From an uncultured Acidimicrobiia bacterium (GTDB lineage: Bacteria > Actinomycetota > Acidimicrobiia > Acidimicrobiales > AC-14), in contig CAWIIV010000007.1 in NCBI GenBank assembly GCA_963836205.1, positions 224,001 through 288,000 of the forward strand: DNA of 64,000 nucleotides, read 5' to 3'. Both the position numbers and the translations under genes were made by a program. This document shows, piece after piece, positions 43,686 through 53,360 of the stretch. The notes beneath the pieces were generated by a model. It ran no database searches, was not told the DNA's origin, and saw nothing but the letters and a program-made list of their open reading frames with translations. The number at the start of each line of letters is the position of its first letter. Position 1 is the stretch's first letter.

Positions 43686-44963
43686 TTAGTGGTCGGCCGG
43701 GTTGCGGTTGCCACTGGGCCGGGCGACGACCAGGCGGCGGGTGGTAAAGGCAGCCAGCAGGAGGACGAAGCCGGCCATCGGGACCCAGGGGTCGCCACCG
43801 GTCTTGGCCAGCTGGGCCACCGGCTCCACCACCTTCGCCTGCTCGACCAGTTGCGACTGTCCACCGATGCCGCTCTCGGCGTGGGCCAGCTCGAGCAGGA
43901 TCCCGCCGCTGATGCCCTTGAGCAGGTGGAGCTTCACGCCGTCGGCCACCGACGAGACGCTGCCGTCGGGGTTCTTGGTGGTGGTGCCGCCGCCGAGGGC
44001 GATGGTGGACTCGAGCGGCGTGCCGGCCAGCAGGGTGATGGGAGCGCCCAGCTTCACCGGGATCTCGGTGAGGGTACCGAGGATGGGCAGGCCGAGCTTG
44101 ATGGTGAGGATGGCGGCGTCGAAGCCGGGGGTGCTGGTGCCGCCGGTTCGGTCGAACACCGACGTGGCCTTGGCCGAGCCGACGACGATCGACAGCAGCG
44201 GGGCACCGCCGAGGGCGAGGCCGGGCAGGACGTCGATCTGGCCGCCCTGGGCGGTGGCGATGGCGCTGATCTTGCCCGTCTCGCTGAGGCCCTGGGAGGT
44301 GGAGTTGCCGAGGCGGATGGAGGCCAGCTGGGTCGCGTTCTCGAGCCCGTCGACCAGGCTGGACACGAGGCCGGTGTTGGGGTCGAGGCCGAGCTGGCTG
44401 ACGAGGCCGGGGAGGAGGCCACCGAGGAGCGGGTTGAGGACGCCGGTGACGGTGCCGATGACCTGGTCGAGCAAGGGGGTGAGGGCGTCGAGGACGGGGG
44501 CGAGGAGGGCGAGGATCTGCTGGCCGCCGACATCGATGGCGGCGACGCTGCCTTGGCCGAAGGCCTGGGGGGCGCCGACGGTGCTGTCGGCCTTGGCCTC
44601 ACCACAGGCCAGCTGCAGGTTGAGGAGATTGAGAAGGGGGAGGTTGAGGACGCAGGCCTTGTCGGGGGCGAGCGCCTGGCCGGGACCGGTGGTCTGCACC
44701 GTGCTCACGGTGCCGGGGACGAGCAGGACGCCACCGCCGGTGGCCTTGGCCGCGGGGGCGCTGGTCATCTCGATACCGGAGGCACCGACGGTGATGTTGT
44801 TGCCCAGCAGGCCCAGGTTGAGGGCGCGGGCGCTGGCGGTGGCGATGAAGCTCTCGGCGCGGGTCTGTGTCGTCTGGGCCGAGGCGGGAGATGGCAGCAC
44901 GAGGAACGCGCAGACAACGAGAGCCGATAGGGCAATAGCCCCGGTTCGGCGGAACATGCTCAT
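43686..44963 (-). CDS. Sortase-anchored surface protein (LAKTG signal)
   Basis: RBS GGAG, signal peptide ending ASA, Leu/Gly-rich body, LAKTG + hydrophobic segment + RR tail. Confidence 0.85.
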   Translation of the reverse strand: MSMFRRTGAIALSALVVCAFLVLPSPASAQTTQTRAESFIATASARALNLGLLGNNITVGASGIEMTSAPAAKATGGGVLLVPGTVSTVQTTGPGQALAPDKACVLNLPLLNLLNLQLACGEAKADSTVGAPQAFGQGSVAAIDVGGQQILALLAPVLDALTPLLDQVIGTVTGVLNPLLGGLLPGLVSQLGLDPNTGLVSSLVDGLENATQLASIRLGNSTSQGLSETGKISAIATAQGGQIDVLPGLALGGAPLLSIVVGSAKATSVFDRTGGTSTPGFDAAILTIKLGLPILGTLTEIPVKLGAPITLLAGTPLESTIALGGGTTTKNPDGSVSSVADGVKLHLLKGISGGILLELAHAESGIGGQSQLVEQAKVVEPVAQLAKTGGDPWVPMAGFVLLLAAFTTRRLVVARPSGNRNPADH

Positions 44964-45183
44964 GCTGTTCTGTCTCCTCCCGATGTAGCCGAGCCGAGTG
45001 CTCGACGACGCGCCCCGAGTGGCAACTACGTGCCTACCGCATGTAGGTACCAGAATTCTCACCCCGGGTCCAGCCTTGGCCTGCAACTTCTTGCGTAGAA
45101 AGGCGGTTTGAACACTCTGCGTGGTCGGTGGCTTGGTCGGGAAGGATAATGGACCTCGCCGGACGCCGCCAGTGGTCGGTTGG

Positions 45184-45576
45184 CTACCTTTCAACTCTCA
45201 TAGTGGCAGATGCCTCCAAGGTGACGTCGGGAATGGCCGCCCCGACCAGGGGAACGTCGGTTGGTGCCCGGTAGGTGACGTGGATCCGGACCCGGCTCCC
45301 GGGCCCGCCCCGGCCGCTGGCTTCGACCGAGAGACGCGCCTCGTCGAGGGTGGAGCTGGCCGCCGCCGCCCGGGTGGGCACGTCCGCAGCGGCGTCGACG
45401 GCTGCCTCCCGGGCCGCCTCCCGGGCGGCGTGGATGACCAGGATCTGGTCGCGCACGAGCAGCCCCACCTGGACCAGCACCAGCAGGAGGATGGCGACGA
45501 GGGGCAGGACGAGGGCCAGCTCGACTGCAGCCTGGCCCTCGTCGCCGGTTCCTCTCCGGGCGTGGTGGCCCGTCAC
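45184..45576 (-). CDS. TadE-like pseudopilin
   Basis: GDEGQAAVELALVLP, AAREAAREAA; GTGA overlap with the pilin. Confidence 0.88.
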   Translation of the reverse strand: MTGHHARRGTGDEGQAAVELALVLPLVAILLLVLVQVGLLVRDQILVIHAAREAAREAAVDAAADVPTRAAAASSTLDEARLSVEASGRGGPGSRVRIHVTYRAPTDVPLVGAAIPDVTLEASATMRVER

Positions 45577-45785
45577 TTGGCCTTTCCGGTGATGCTCTTC
45601 ATCACCGTGTCGAGGAGCTTCTCGATCAGGTCGGTCTTGGTGGCCCAGGCCACGATCAGCAGGGCGATGGCGGCTGCCCCCAGCAACACGAGGGCGTACT
45701 CGGCGGAGGCCTGGCCCCGCTCGTCGGTGCGGGCGCGGCCGTCGAGCAGGGTCCGGACATAGAAGTAGACGGAGATGGCGAGCAT
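45573..45785 (-). CDS. Flp-type pilin (DUF4244-like)
   Basis: 70 aa, DERGQASAEYALVLLGAAAIALLI; RBS AAGGAG. Confidence 0.88.
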   Translation of the reverse strand: MLAISVYFYVRTLLDGRARTDERGQASAEYALVLLGAAAIALLIVAWATKTDLIEKLLDTVMKSITGKAK

Positions 45786-45808
45786 CGGTGCTCCTTGGTG
45801 AGACGTGG

Positions 45809-46609
45809 TCACAGGCGCAGCGACCGCACGGCGCTGGCGATGAGGGGCGCAACCGTGAGCAGCCCGAAGGCGGGGAGCGTGCAGCTCACCAAGGGGAAGA
45901 GGAGCTTGACCGGGATCTTGCGGGCGGCCTCTTCGGCCCGTCGCCGCCGGTCGGCCCGCACTTCGTGGGCCAGCCGTTCGAGTCCCGGGCCCAACGGCGC
46001 CCCGTAGCGCTCGGAGGCGAGCAGGGCCGCCACCAGGGGCCGGGTGGCCTCGCCCGCCCGGCCCGGGATGTCGTCGAGGGCGTCTCCCAGCCGCCGACCG
46101 AGGGAGACCTCGTCGCACGCTCGGGCCAGCTCGGCACCGAGTGGCCCCGGTGCCCTCCGGGCCACGCTCCGCACCGCCAGGGGGACGGTGAGCCCGGCGC
46201 CGACCGCGAGGACGAGCAGATCGACCACGTCGGGCAGGTCGGCGGCCAGGGCGGCGATGCGACGGCGATGCCGCCGCTTGGCCTTCATCCCCGGGGCGGC
46301 CCATACCACCAGGGCCACGGCGGGGGCGATCGGCGGGAAGACGGGTAGGGCCGCCGCGCCCGCCAGCAGCGCTCGGCCGACGCGTCGCGAGCCCTGGGGC
46401 TCGGCCGGTCGACCCACGCGCCGCAGCAGGGCGCCGCCCACCCGGTCGGCGAGGCGGTCGAGGACGCGGTCGCCCCCCCTTGCCATCCGCGGCGCAGGCG
46501 GGCGCGGGTGGACGAGAGTGCGGACCCGTTGGGGGCGGGGACGCCAACGCCAGCCGCCGGCGACGACCACCGCCATCCAGGCCATCCCCACCAGGGCGGC
46601 CGCGCTCAT
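45809..46609 (-). CDS. TadC-like T2SS-F protein
   Basis: LPDVVDLLVLAVGAG, AEEAARKIPVKLLFPLVSCTLPAF. Confidence 0.88.
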   Translation of the reverse strand: MSAAALVGMAWMAVVVAGGWRWRPRPQRVRTLVHPRPPAPRMARGGDRVLDRLADRVGGALLRRVGRPAEPQGSRRVGRALLAGAAALPVFPPIAPAVALVVWAAPGMKAKRRHRRRIAALAADLPDVVDLLVLAVGAGLTVPLAVRSVARRAPGPLGAELARACDEVSLGRRLGDALDDIPGRAGEATRPLVAALLASERYGAPLGPGLERLAHEVRADRRRRAEEAARKIPVKLLFPLVSCTLPAFGLLTVAPLIASAVRSLRL

Positions 46610-47541
46610 GGGGCGACCCGGCACAGGCGCTGCATCCACAACCAGCCGGCACCGTCGAGGGTGAGCCCGACGCCCACGAGGGCCAGGCCCACCGGCGTGT
46701 GGAGCAGGAACTCGGACGTGCGGGGGTCGGTGGCGGCTGCGAAGGCGCCGAACCCGAGCGGGGCCAGGCCGATCACCAGGGCCGACATCCGGGCCTGAGA
46801 CGACAGCGCCCGCACCTCGGCCTCCACCGCCAGGCGCTCCCGCATGGTGGCGGCCACCCCGTCGACCGCCCGGGCCTGGGCTCCTCCGGTGTCGACGCCG
46901 AGGCACAGGGCCGCCACCGCCAGCCGCACCCCCGGGCTCCGCCGGCGAGCGGCCAGCCCTTCGAGGGCGTCGACCAGCCCCGCCCCGTGCCCGGCCTGGG
47001 CGGCCACCGTGGCCAGCTCGGCGTGGAGCCGCCCCCGGCCCCGCGCCCGCCCCCGGCCCGCTCCATCGGCGAACCCGGCGGGGGCGGCGGCCGCCTCCGC
47101 GATCGCCTGGCGGACCGACGCCCCCGACCGCAGTGAGCGGGCGATCGACTCCAAGGCCGCGGGCAGCTCCTGCTCAAGACGGGCATCGGCCCGCCCCCGC
47201 CGGGCACGGAGGGCGACCGCTGGCGCCCCACCGACGCCGACCAGGGCGAGGACGGCAGCGGCGACCCCCGAGAGCACAAGTGCCCCGAGGAGGGTGACGG
47301 CGAGCGCGGCCCACCATCCGACCCAGACGGTGGACGCGGGTACGTCCACCGCGGCGTCGGAGAGGGCGGCAGGCAACCACGAGGGCGGCGGGGGAACCCA
47401 CAGCCGTCGTCGCCCCCGGTCGGCCCCGGCCGCCGGCAGCCGGCCGGCGACGGCGGCCCGCCGGTTCGAGGCGCCGGCCCACCTCACGGCCGCCCCCAGG
47501 GCCAGCACCGAGAGCGGGAGTGCGATCACGGCCGGGCTCAC
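46606..47541 (-). CDS. TadB-like T2SS-F protein
   Basis: LPAALESIARSLRSG, EVRALSSQARMSA. Confidence 0.88.
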   Translation of the reverse strand: MSPAVIALPLSVLALGAAVRWAGASNRRAAVAGRLPAAGADRGRRRLWVPPPPSWLPAALSDAAVDVPASTVWVGWWAALAVTLLGALVLSGVAAAVLALVGVGGAPAVALRARRGRADARLEQELPAALESIARSLRSGASVRQAIAEAAAAPAGFADGAGRGRARGRGRLHAELATVAAQAGHGAGLVDALEGLAARRRSPGVRLAVAALCLGVDTGGAQARAVDGVAATMRERLAVEAEVRALSSQARMSALVIGLAPLGFGAFAAATDPRTSEFLLHTPVGLALVGVGLTLDGAGWLWMQRLCRVAP

Positions 47542-48713
47542 GGCCGGTGGCTGTCGAGAGCGGGCGGCGGGTAGCCGGGCGCCCGGGCCGGCCGGGTGGG
47601 CCGGGCGACGACCTCGTCGCCGACTGCGATGGGATGGGTGCGGGGCGGCTCCCGTCCCTCGACGGTGGCCCAGGCGGCCTGCGCGACCACCTCCGACACG
47701 GCTACGACCCGCCGTGACCCGTCGGGCCGGCGGGCGACCTGGACGACGAGGTCGAGGGCGGCCTCGAGCTGGGCTCGTACGGCGGTCAGCGGCAGGCCCA
47801 CCTCGCCCATGAGCACCATCGTCTCCAGCCGGCGGAGAGCATCGTCGGGGCTGTTGGCGTGGCAGGTGGACAGCGAACCCTCGTGGCCGGTGTTCATGGC
47901 CTGCAACATGTCGAGCGCTTCCGGGCCCCGGACCTCGCCGACGACGATGCGATCGGGACGCATCCGCAAGGCGTTGCGGACCAGCTCCCGGATGCGAACC
48001 TCGCCCGCCCCCTCGGCGTTGGCCGGGCGCGCCTCCAGCCGAACGACGTGCTCGCCCGGAAGCCGAAGCTCGGCCGCGTCCTCGACGGTGACGATTCTCT
48101 CTCCGTCGGGGATGCAGCCGGCGAGGGCATTGAGGAGCGTGGTCTTGCCCGCGCCCGTCCCTCCCGACACGAGGACGTTGAGCCGGGCCGTGACCGCCCA
48201 GGCCAGCAGGGCGACCACCGGAGGCGGGGCGAAGGCCGAGAGGGGGATGGCCCGGGCCCCGAACCGGCGCACGGTGAGGCAGGGCCCGTCGACCGCCAGC
48301 GGGGGGACGATGGCGTTGACCCGGGACCCGTCGGCCAAGCGGGCATCCACCAGGGGCGACGAGCGGTCGATGCGCAGCCCGAGGGGGGCGACCACCTTCT
48401 CGATGAGGTGCTCGATGGCGGCCGTGTCGAGCGCGATCGGCACCCGTTCGAGGCGACCCGCCCGCTCGACCCACACCCGGCCGGGGCCGTTGACCATGAC
48501 CTCGGTGACGGCGGGATCGGCCAGGATCGGCTCCAGCGGCCCCAGCCCGCACACCTCGGCCAGCACCTCCCGCACCACCCGGGCCTGGTCGCCGGGCGGC
48601 AGCAGGGGGCTCTCGGCCGCCACCAGCTCGGCCACCCGCTCCGGGAGGCGCCCGCCGGGGCCGTCGGCCAGGAGCCGGGTGTGGACCCGGGACTTGAGCA
48701 CGGCCCCGCTCAC
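47538..48713 (-). CDS. TadA/CpaF pilus assembly ATPase
   Basis: GLGPLE, SGGTGAGKTT, VEDAAEL, ALRMRPDRIVVGEVRG, AMNTGHEG. Confidence 0.94.
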   Translation of the reverse strand: MSGAVLKSRVHTRLLADGPGGRLPERVAELVAAESPLLPPGDQARVVREVLAEVCGLGPLEPILADPAVTEVMVNGPGRVWVERAGRLERVPIALDTAAIEHLIEKVVAPLGLRIDRSSPLVDARLADGSRVNAIVPPLAVDGPCLTVRRFGARAIPLSAFAPPPVVALLAWAVTARLNVLVSGGTGAGKTTLLNALAGCIPDGERIVTVEDAAELRLPGEHVVRLEARPANAEGAGEVRIRELVRNALRMRPDRIVVGEVRGPEALDMLQAMNTGHEGSLSTCHANSPDDALRRLETMVLMGEVGLPLTAVRAQLEAALDLVVQVARRPDGSRRVVAVSEVVAQAAWATVEGREPPRTHPIAVGDEVVARPTRPARAPGYPPPALDSHRP

Positions 48714-49387
48714 GCCGCCTCCCGCAGCGCCTTCTCCAGGGCCTTCGGCACCCGACCGGCGAGGAGCCCGGCGTCGACGGCGCGGGCGATGGCGGGGTCG
48801 TAGGCGATCTCGGCCCGCACCGGTACGCCCAGGACGTCTTCCACGTCGCGCCGGGTGAGGGCCCGGCCTGGTTCGTCGACGAGGACGATGGCGGATGGCC
48901 GGATCGGTGCCGCCAGCGCCCGCCGCAGGGCGAGGTAGCAGGGGCGCAGCACGAGGAGGGAGACCTCGGCCGCGGCGGCCACGGCCAGGGCCGCGCCGCC
49001 TGCCGCCGACCCGCAGTCGGCCACCACGGCCCGTGGGCCGCTGGCCAGCGCCTCGGCCAGGACCTCGCCCCGTTCCGTGCTCTCGGCCGCGGTGGCCGCC
49101 GCTGCCGACAGCTCTCCCCCCCATGCCAGCAGCCGCAGGCCGGGCCCGGCCTCGATCTCGAGCCGGGCCAATGCCTCGGCCGGCACGTCGGGGCCGGCGG
49201 CGAGCCAGTCGACCAGGCCCGGTGTCGGGGGCGTGGGCAGGCCGAGGACGGCGGGGACGTCGCCCGACAGGTCGGCGATCAGGACGCCCGCCGGGGCCGG
49301 CTGGGACCGGGCCAGGACGAGTGCCAGCCCGCACGAGACGACGGTGGTGCCGGTGCCACCCTTCGGCGACCAGCAGGCGATGAGCAT
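48710..49387 (-). CDS. Ssd/CpaE-like MinD-type ATPase (no N-terminal receiver-like domain)
   Basis: SPKGGTGTT deviant Walker A; first gene of the Tad operon. Confidence 0.8.
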   Translation of the reverse strand: MLIACWSPKGGTGTTVVSCGLALVLARSQPAPAGVLIADLSGDVPAVLGLPTPPTPGLVDWLAAGPDVPAEALARLEIEAGPGLRLLAWGGELSAAAATAAESTERGEVLAEALASGPRAVVADCGSAAGGAALAVAAAAEVSLLVLRPCYLALRRALAAPIRPSAIVLVDEPGRALTRRDVEDVLGVPVRAEIAYDPAIARAVDAGLLAGRVPKALEKALREAA

Positions 49388-49482
49388 CGACGTTCCTCCG
49401 AGAGCGGAAAGCAGCTACCTCGGGGGAAGAGGGGTGGAACGAAACTTAGTGGAAAGTAGTGAGAGGGCGCAAGACCCTGTCG

Positions 49483-49557
49483 CTACGAGGCCCGGACCTT
49501 CTTGGCCGCCACCGCGCCCAGGACGACGAGCACGGCCAACAGGATCAGTTTCTTCAT
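49483..49557 (-). CDS. 24-aa membrane peptide MKKLILLAVLVVLGAVAAKKVRAS (DLW-39-like N-terminus)
   Basis: Hand translation; GC3-biased codons; TAGCAT -10 hexamer 6 nt upstream of the ATG. Confidence 0.6.
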   Translation of the reverse strand: MKKLILLAVLVVLGAVAAKKVRAS

Positions 49558-49665
49558 GCGGGAATGCTATCCGGGCGGTGAGACAACGAACCCCCGGCGA
49601 CCCCCACACGCACCAAAGAGCCGGAACAGCGGCCAGGCCGGCCGCGACGCCAGTAGGTTGCCCCC

Positions 49666-49761
49666 GGAGGTGTCAGGCGACCTGGTGGCGTCCCCCGCCT
49701 TCAAAGCGGGTGGGACGGGTGCTCCCCGTCCGGCGGGTTCGATTCCCGTCCACCTCCGCCA
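49666..49761 (+). tRNA. selC: tRNA-Sec (anticodon TCA)
   Basis: 96 nt GGAGGTGT...CCGCC-TTCAAA-GCGG...long variable arm GGACGGG/CCCGTCC, GGTTCGATTCC, ending CACCTCC-GCCA. Confidence 0.92.
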
Positions 49762-49799
49762 CCGATGCCCCTTGACAGGCCGCTCCCGATGCCCCAACT

Positions 49800-50480
49800 T
49801 TGGCGCCACGCCGGCGGAATGCGGCTACCGGGAGCCGCCTCCGGGGCGCGGAGGACAAGGCGCTGCCGACGCTGCTTTGGAACATCATCGACGGCCAGGC
49901 GATGTACGTCGGCAGCGGTCGTTGCTCCGTCGGCTTCAACGCCCGCAGCGCGGCGGGAGTCCGGTACGTCGTCACCGCCGGCCACTGCACCAACGACGGG
50001 GGCTCGTGGAGCGGCGTCGGCGGCACCCTGGGCCCGACCGCCGGGTCGTCGTTCCCGACCAACGACTACGGGGTCATCCGGGTCACCAGTTCCGCGGCCA
50101 CGTCGACTCCTCTTGTCGACCGCTACACGAGCGGCGTCGACGTCACCGTGATCGGCGCCGTAAAAACGCCGGTGGGGGGTTCGGTGTGCCGGTCGGGGTC
50201 GACCACCGGGTGGCGGTGCGGCACCGTCCAGGCCTACAACCAGACTGTGAACTACGGCGGCGGCCAGGTCGTCAGCGGCCTGACCCGCACCTCGGCCTGC
50301 GCCCAGCCGGGCGATTCCGGTGGTGCGTTCGTGAGCAACCCCGGGGCCACTGGGGGACGGGTGCACGCCCAAGGCGTCACCTCCGGAGGCTCGGGGAGCT
50401 GCTCCACCGGAGGCACCACGTTCTTCCAGCCGGTGAGCGAGGCGCTGAGCGCCTACGGCCTCACCCTCTACACCGGATAG
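49800..50480 (+). CDS. S1 (alpha-lytic/streptogrisin-type) serine protease, mature domain only; possibly a 5'-truncated remnant
   Basis: CSVGF, TAGHC, NDY, CRSGSTTG, GDSGG; no signal peptide or pro-domain fits between selC and the mature domain. Confidence 0.8.
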   Translation: MAPRRRNAATGSRLRGAEDKALPTLLWNIIDGQAMYVGSGRCSVGFNARSAAGVRYVVTAGHCTNDGGSWSGVGGTLGPTAGSSFPTNDYGVIRVTSSAATSTPLVDRYTSGVDVTVIGAVKTPVGGSVCRSGSTTGWRCGTVQAYNQTVNYGGGQVVSGLTRTSACAQPGDSGGAFVSNPGATGGRVHAQGVTSGGSGSCSTGGTTFFQPVSEALSAYGLTLYTG

Positions 50481-50530
50481 AGCGGGGGCAGGCAGCCGGG
50501 GCGGGACGGCCCCGGCTGCGCCCGGCGTGA

Positions 50531-51469
50531 TCAGACAGCCAGCAAGTCGCGCGCGCCCGTGTCGCTCGACGGGTGGCGCAGCTTCGACATGGCCCGGGCC
50601 TCGATCTGGCGGATGCGCTCCCGGGTGAGGTTGAAGTGCTCGCCCACCTCTTCGAGGGTGCGGGGCTCGCCCCGGTCGAGGCCGAACCGCAGGCGCAGGA
50701 TCTCGCGCTCGCGCTCGTCCAAGGGACCGAGCAACTTGGAGATCTCCTCCGGCAGCAGGGCGGTGGCGGCCACCTCGAAGGGCGACTCGGCCGAGCGGTC
50801 CTCGACCACGTCGCCCAACTCGGCGTCGCCGTCCTCCCGCAACGGCTCCGACAAGGACAACGGCTCGGCCGCGAAGCGCAGGGCCTCGGTGACCTTGTCC
50901 TCCGGCATCTCCACCTCGGCCGACAGCTCCGAGAGGGTGGCCGGGCGGCCCAGCTTGAGCTCCAGCCGGGCCCGGGCCTTCTGCAGCCGGGCCAGGGTGT
51001 CGCCCGCGTGGACCGGCAGGCGGATGGTGCGGCCGGTGTTGGCGATGCCGCGGGTGATCGCCTGGCGGATCCACCACGTGGCGTAGGTGGAGAACTTGAA
51101 GCCCTTGCGCCAGTCGAACTTCTCGACCGCGTGCATCAGGCCCAGGTTGCCTTCCTGGATCAGGTCGAGCAGGGGCAGCCCCGACGCCTGGTACTTCTTG
51201 GCGATGGAGACCACCAGCCGCAGGTTGGACTGGACGAACGTGCGCTGGGCGTTGACGCCCTCCTGGGCCACTCGGCGCAGCTCACGACGCTTGGCCTGAG
51301 GCAGGCTCGTGCCGTCGGACTCGAGCTTGACCCGCGCCTCGTTCCCGCCCTCGATGGCCTTGGCCAGGCGTACTTCGTCGTCCTTGGTGAGCAGCGGGTA
51401 CTGCCCGATATCAGTGAGGTAGAGTCGGACGAGGTCTTCCTCGTCCCGCTCGACGCGCTCCTTGGGCAC
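50531..51469 (-). CDS. RpoD/SigB-family sigma-70 factor (group 2-like)
   Basis: [52 protein letters not shown]. Confidence 0.95.
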   Translation of the reverse strand: MPKERVERDEEDLVRLYLTDIGQYPLLTKDDEVRLAKAIEGGNEARVKLESDGTSLPQAKRRELRRVAQEGVNAQRTFVQSNLRLVVSIAKKYQASGLPLLDLIQEGNLGLMHAVEKFDWRKGFKFSTYATWWIRQAITRGIANTGRTIRLPVHAGDTLARLQKARARLELKLGRPATLSELSAEVEMPEDKVTEALRFAAEPLSLSEPLREDGDAELGDVVEDRSAESPFEVAATALLPEEISKLLGPLDEREREILRLRFGLDRGEPRTLEEVGEHFNLTRERIRQIEARAMSKLRHPSSDTGARDLLAV

Positions 51470-51601
51470 AGAGAAAACGTCCTTACAGTCGTAGGCCTAG
51501 CAGTGGGAACGCCCCGGAAGGCGCGACGATTCCGCCCCAGCCATCTGGCGGCCGCATTTACTCCACCATACCTGGGCGGTCAAGCCCCCCGGCCCGGGCG
51601 G

Positions 51602-53328
51602 CTACCCCCGGTAGCGGTTGGTGATGGGCAGGCGGCGGTCCTTGCCGAACGCCTTGGGCGTCACCCGCACGCCCGGAGGGGCCTGGCGGCGCTTGTACTC
51701 CGACCGGTCCACCATGGCGACGACCTTGCGCACCAGCTCGGGGTCGAAGCCGGCGGCCTCCAGGTCGGTCACCGTCGTGTCGCCTTCCACGTAGGCCTCG
51801 AGGACGGGGTCGAGCTGGTCGTAGGGGGGGAGGGACTGGTCGTCGCGCTGGTCGGGGCGCAGCTCGGCCGACGGGGGCTTGGTCAGCACCGCCTCCGGGA
51901 TGAGGGGGGCGACGGACCGCCGGTTGCGGTCGTGGCACAGCTGGTAGACGGTGGTCTTGAGGACGTCCTTGATGACGGCGAAGCCACCCGCGAGGTCGCC
52001 GTAGAGGGTGGAGAAGCCCACCGCCATCTCGCTCTTGTTGCCGGTGGCCAGCACCATCCAGCCGAACTTGTTGGACAGGGCCATGAGGGTGGCCCCCCGG
52101 ATCCGGGCCTGGATGTTCTCCTCGGTGAGGTCGGGCTCGACGCCGGCGAACGAGGGGGCCAGCATCTCCAGGAACGACTCGTGCACCTCCTCGATGCCGA
52201 TCACCCGCCACTCGATGCCCAGGTTGCCGGCCAGCTCCTTGGCGTCGGTGAGCGAGCTCTCGCTCGAGTACCGCGACGGCATCATCACCCCGTGGACGTG
52301 GTCGGCTCCCAGGGCGTCGACCGCGACGGTGGCCACCAGCGACGAGTCGACGCCGCCCGACAGCCCGACGACGACGTCGGTGAAGCCGTTCTTGGTCACG
52401 TAGTCCCTGGTGCCGAGGACGAGGGCCTCGTAGATCTCGTGGACGTCGTCGAGGGGCTCGGCGCAGGGCGGCGGCCCGGCGGCGGGCCGCCCGGCGGGGG
52501 TGCCGGCGGGGACTCCCCGCTCACCGTCACCTCGGGCAGGGCGGGGGCCATGGCCCGGCCCCGGGGGTCGAGCAGCCGCTTGCGGAAGACGGGCTTGACG
52601 TCGATGTCGACGACCATGACGTCGGCGACGAACTGCGGGGCCCGCGCCACCACCCGGCCCTGGGTGTCGAAGACGAGCGACGCCCCGTCGAAGACGAGCT
52701 CGTCCTGGCCACCGATGAGGTTGACGTAGACCAGTGAGCACGACGAGTCGAGGGCGCGGGTGGCGAGCATGCGCTCCCGCTCCGCCAGCCGGCCGGCGTG
52801 GTAGGGGGAGGCGTTGAGGTTGACGATCAGCTCGGCCCCGCCCGCGGCCTGGTCGGCGATGGGCCCGTCGGGCGACCAGGCGTCCTCGCACACGACCACG
52901 CCCACCCGGACGCCGCCGATCACGAACAGCTGGGCAGGGTCGTCGCTGCGGGCGAAATAGCGCTGCTCGTCGAACACGCCGTAGTTGGGGAGCAGGCGCT
53001 TGCGGTAGACGCCGTGGACCTTGCCGTCGGCGCACACCGCGGCCGCGTTGTAGAGGTCGCGGCCGGCGTCGACGAAGCCGACCACCGCCGCACACCGGCC
53101 GGTGCCGGCCGCCACCCGCTCGAGGGCGGCCCGGTTGTCGGCCACGAAGCCGGGTTTGAGGAGGAGGTCCTCGGGCGGGTAGCCGGTGATGGCCAGCTCG
53201 GGGAACACGGCCACGTCGCACTCGGCGATCTCGGCCCGGTCGATGGCGTCGAGGATGGCGGTGGCGTTGCCCTCCAGGTCGCCCACGATCAGGTTGAGCT
53301 GGCAGGCGGCGAGACGCAGGCGGGGCAC
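51602..53328 (-). CDS. nadE: Glutamine-dependent NAD+ synthetase; frameshift in the interdomain linker (~52460-52520)
   Basis: Nitrilase domain (FPEL, K, VCED) in ORF 52396-53328; synthetase domain ([29 protein letters not shown]) in the next frame. Confidence 0.92.
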
Positions 53329-53360
53329 GAACCGAGGCTACCCAGAGCCGACAGCGGGCC

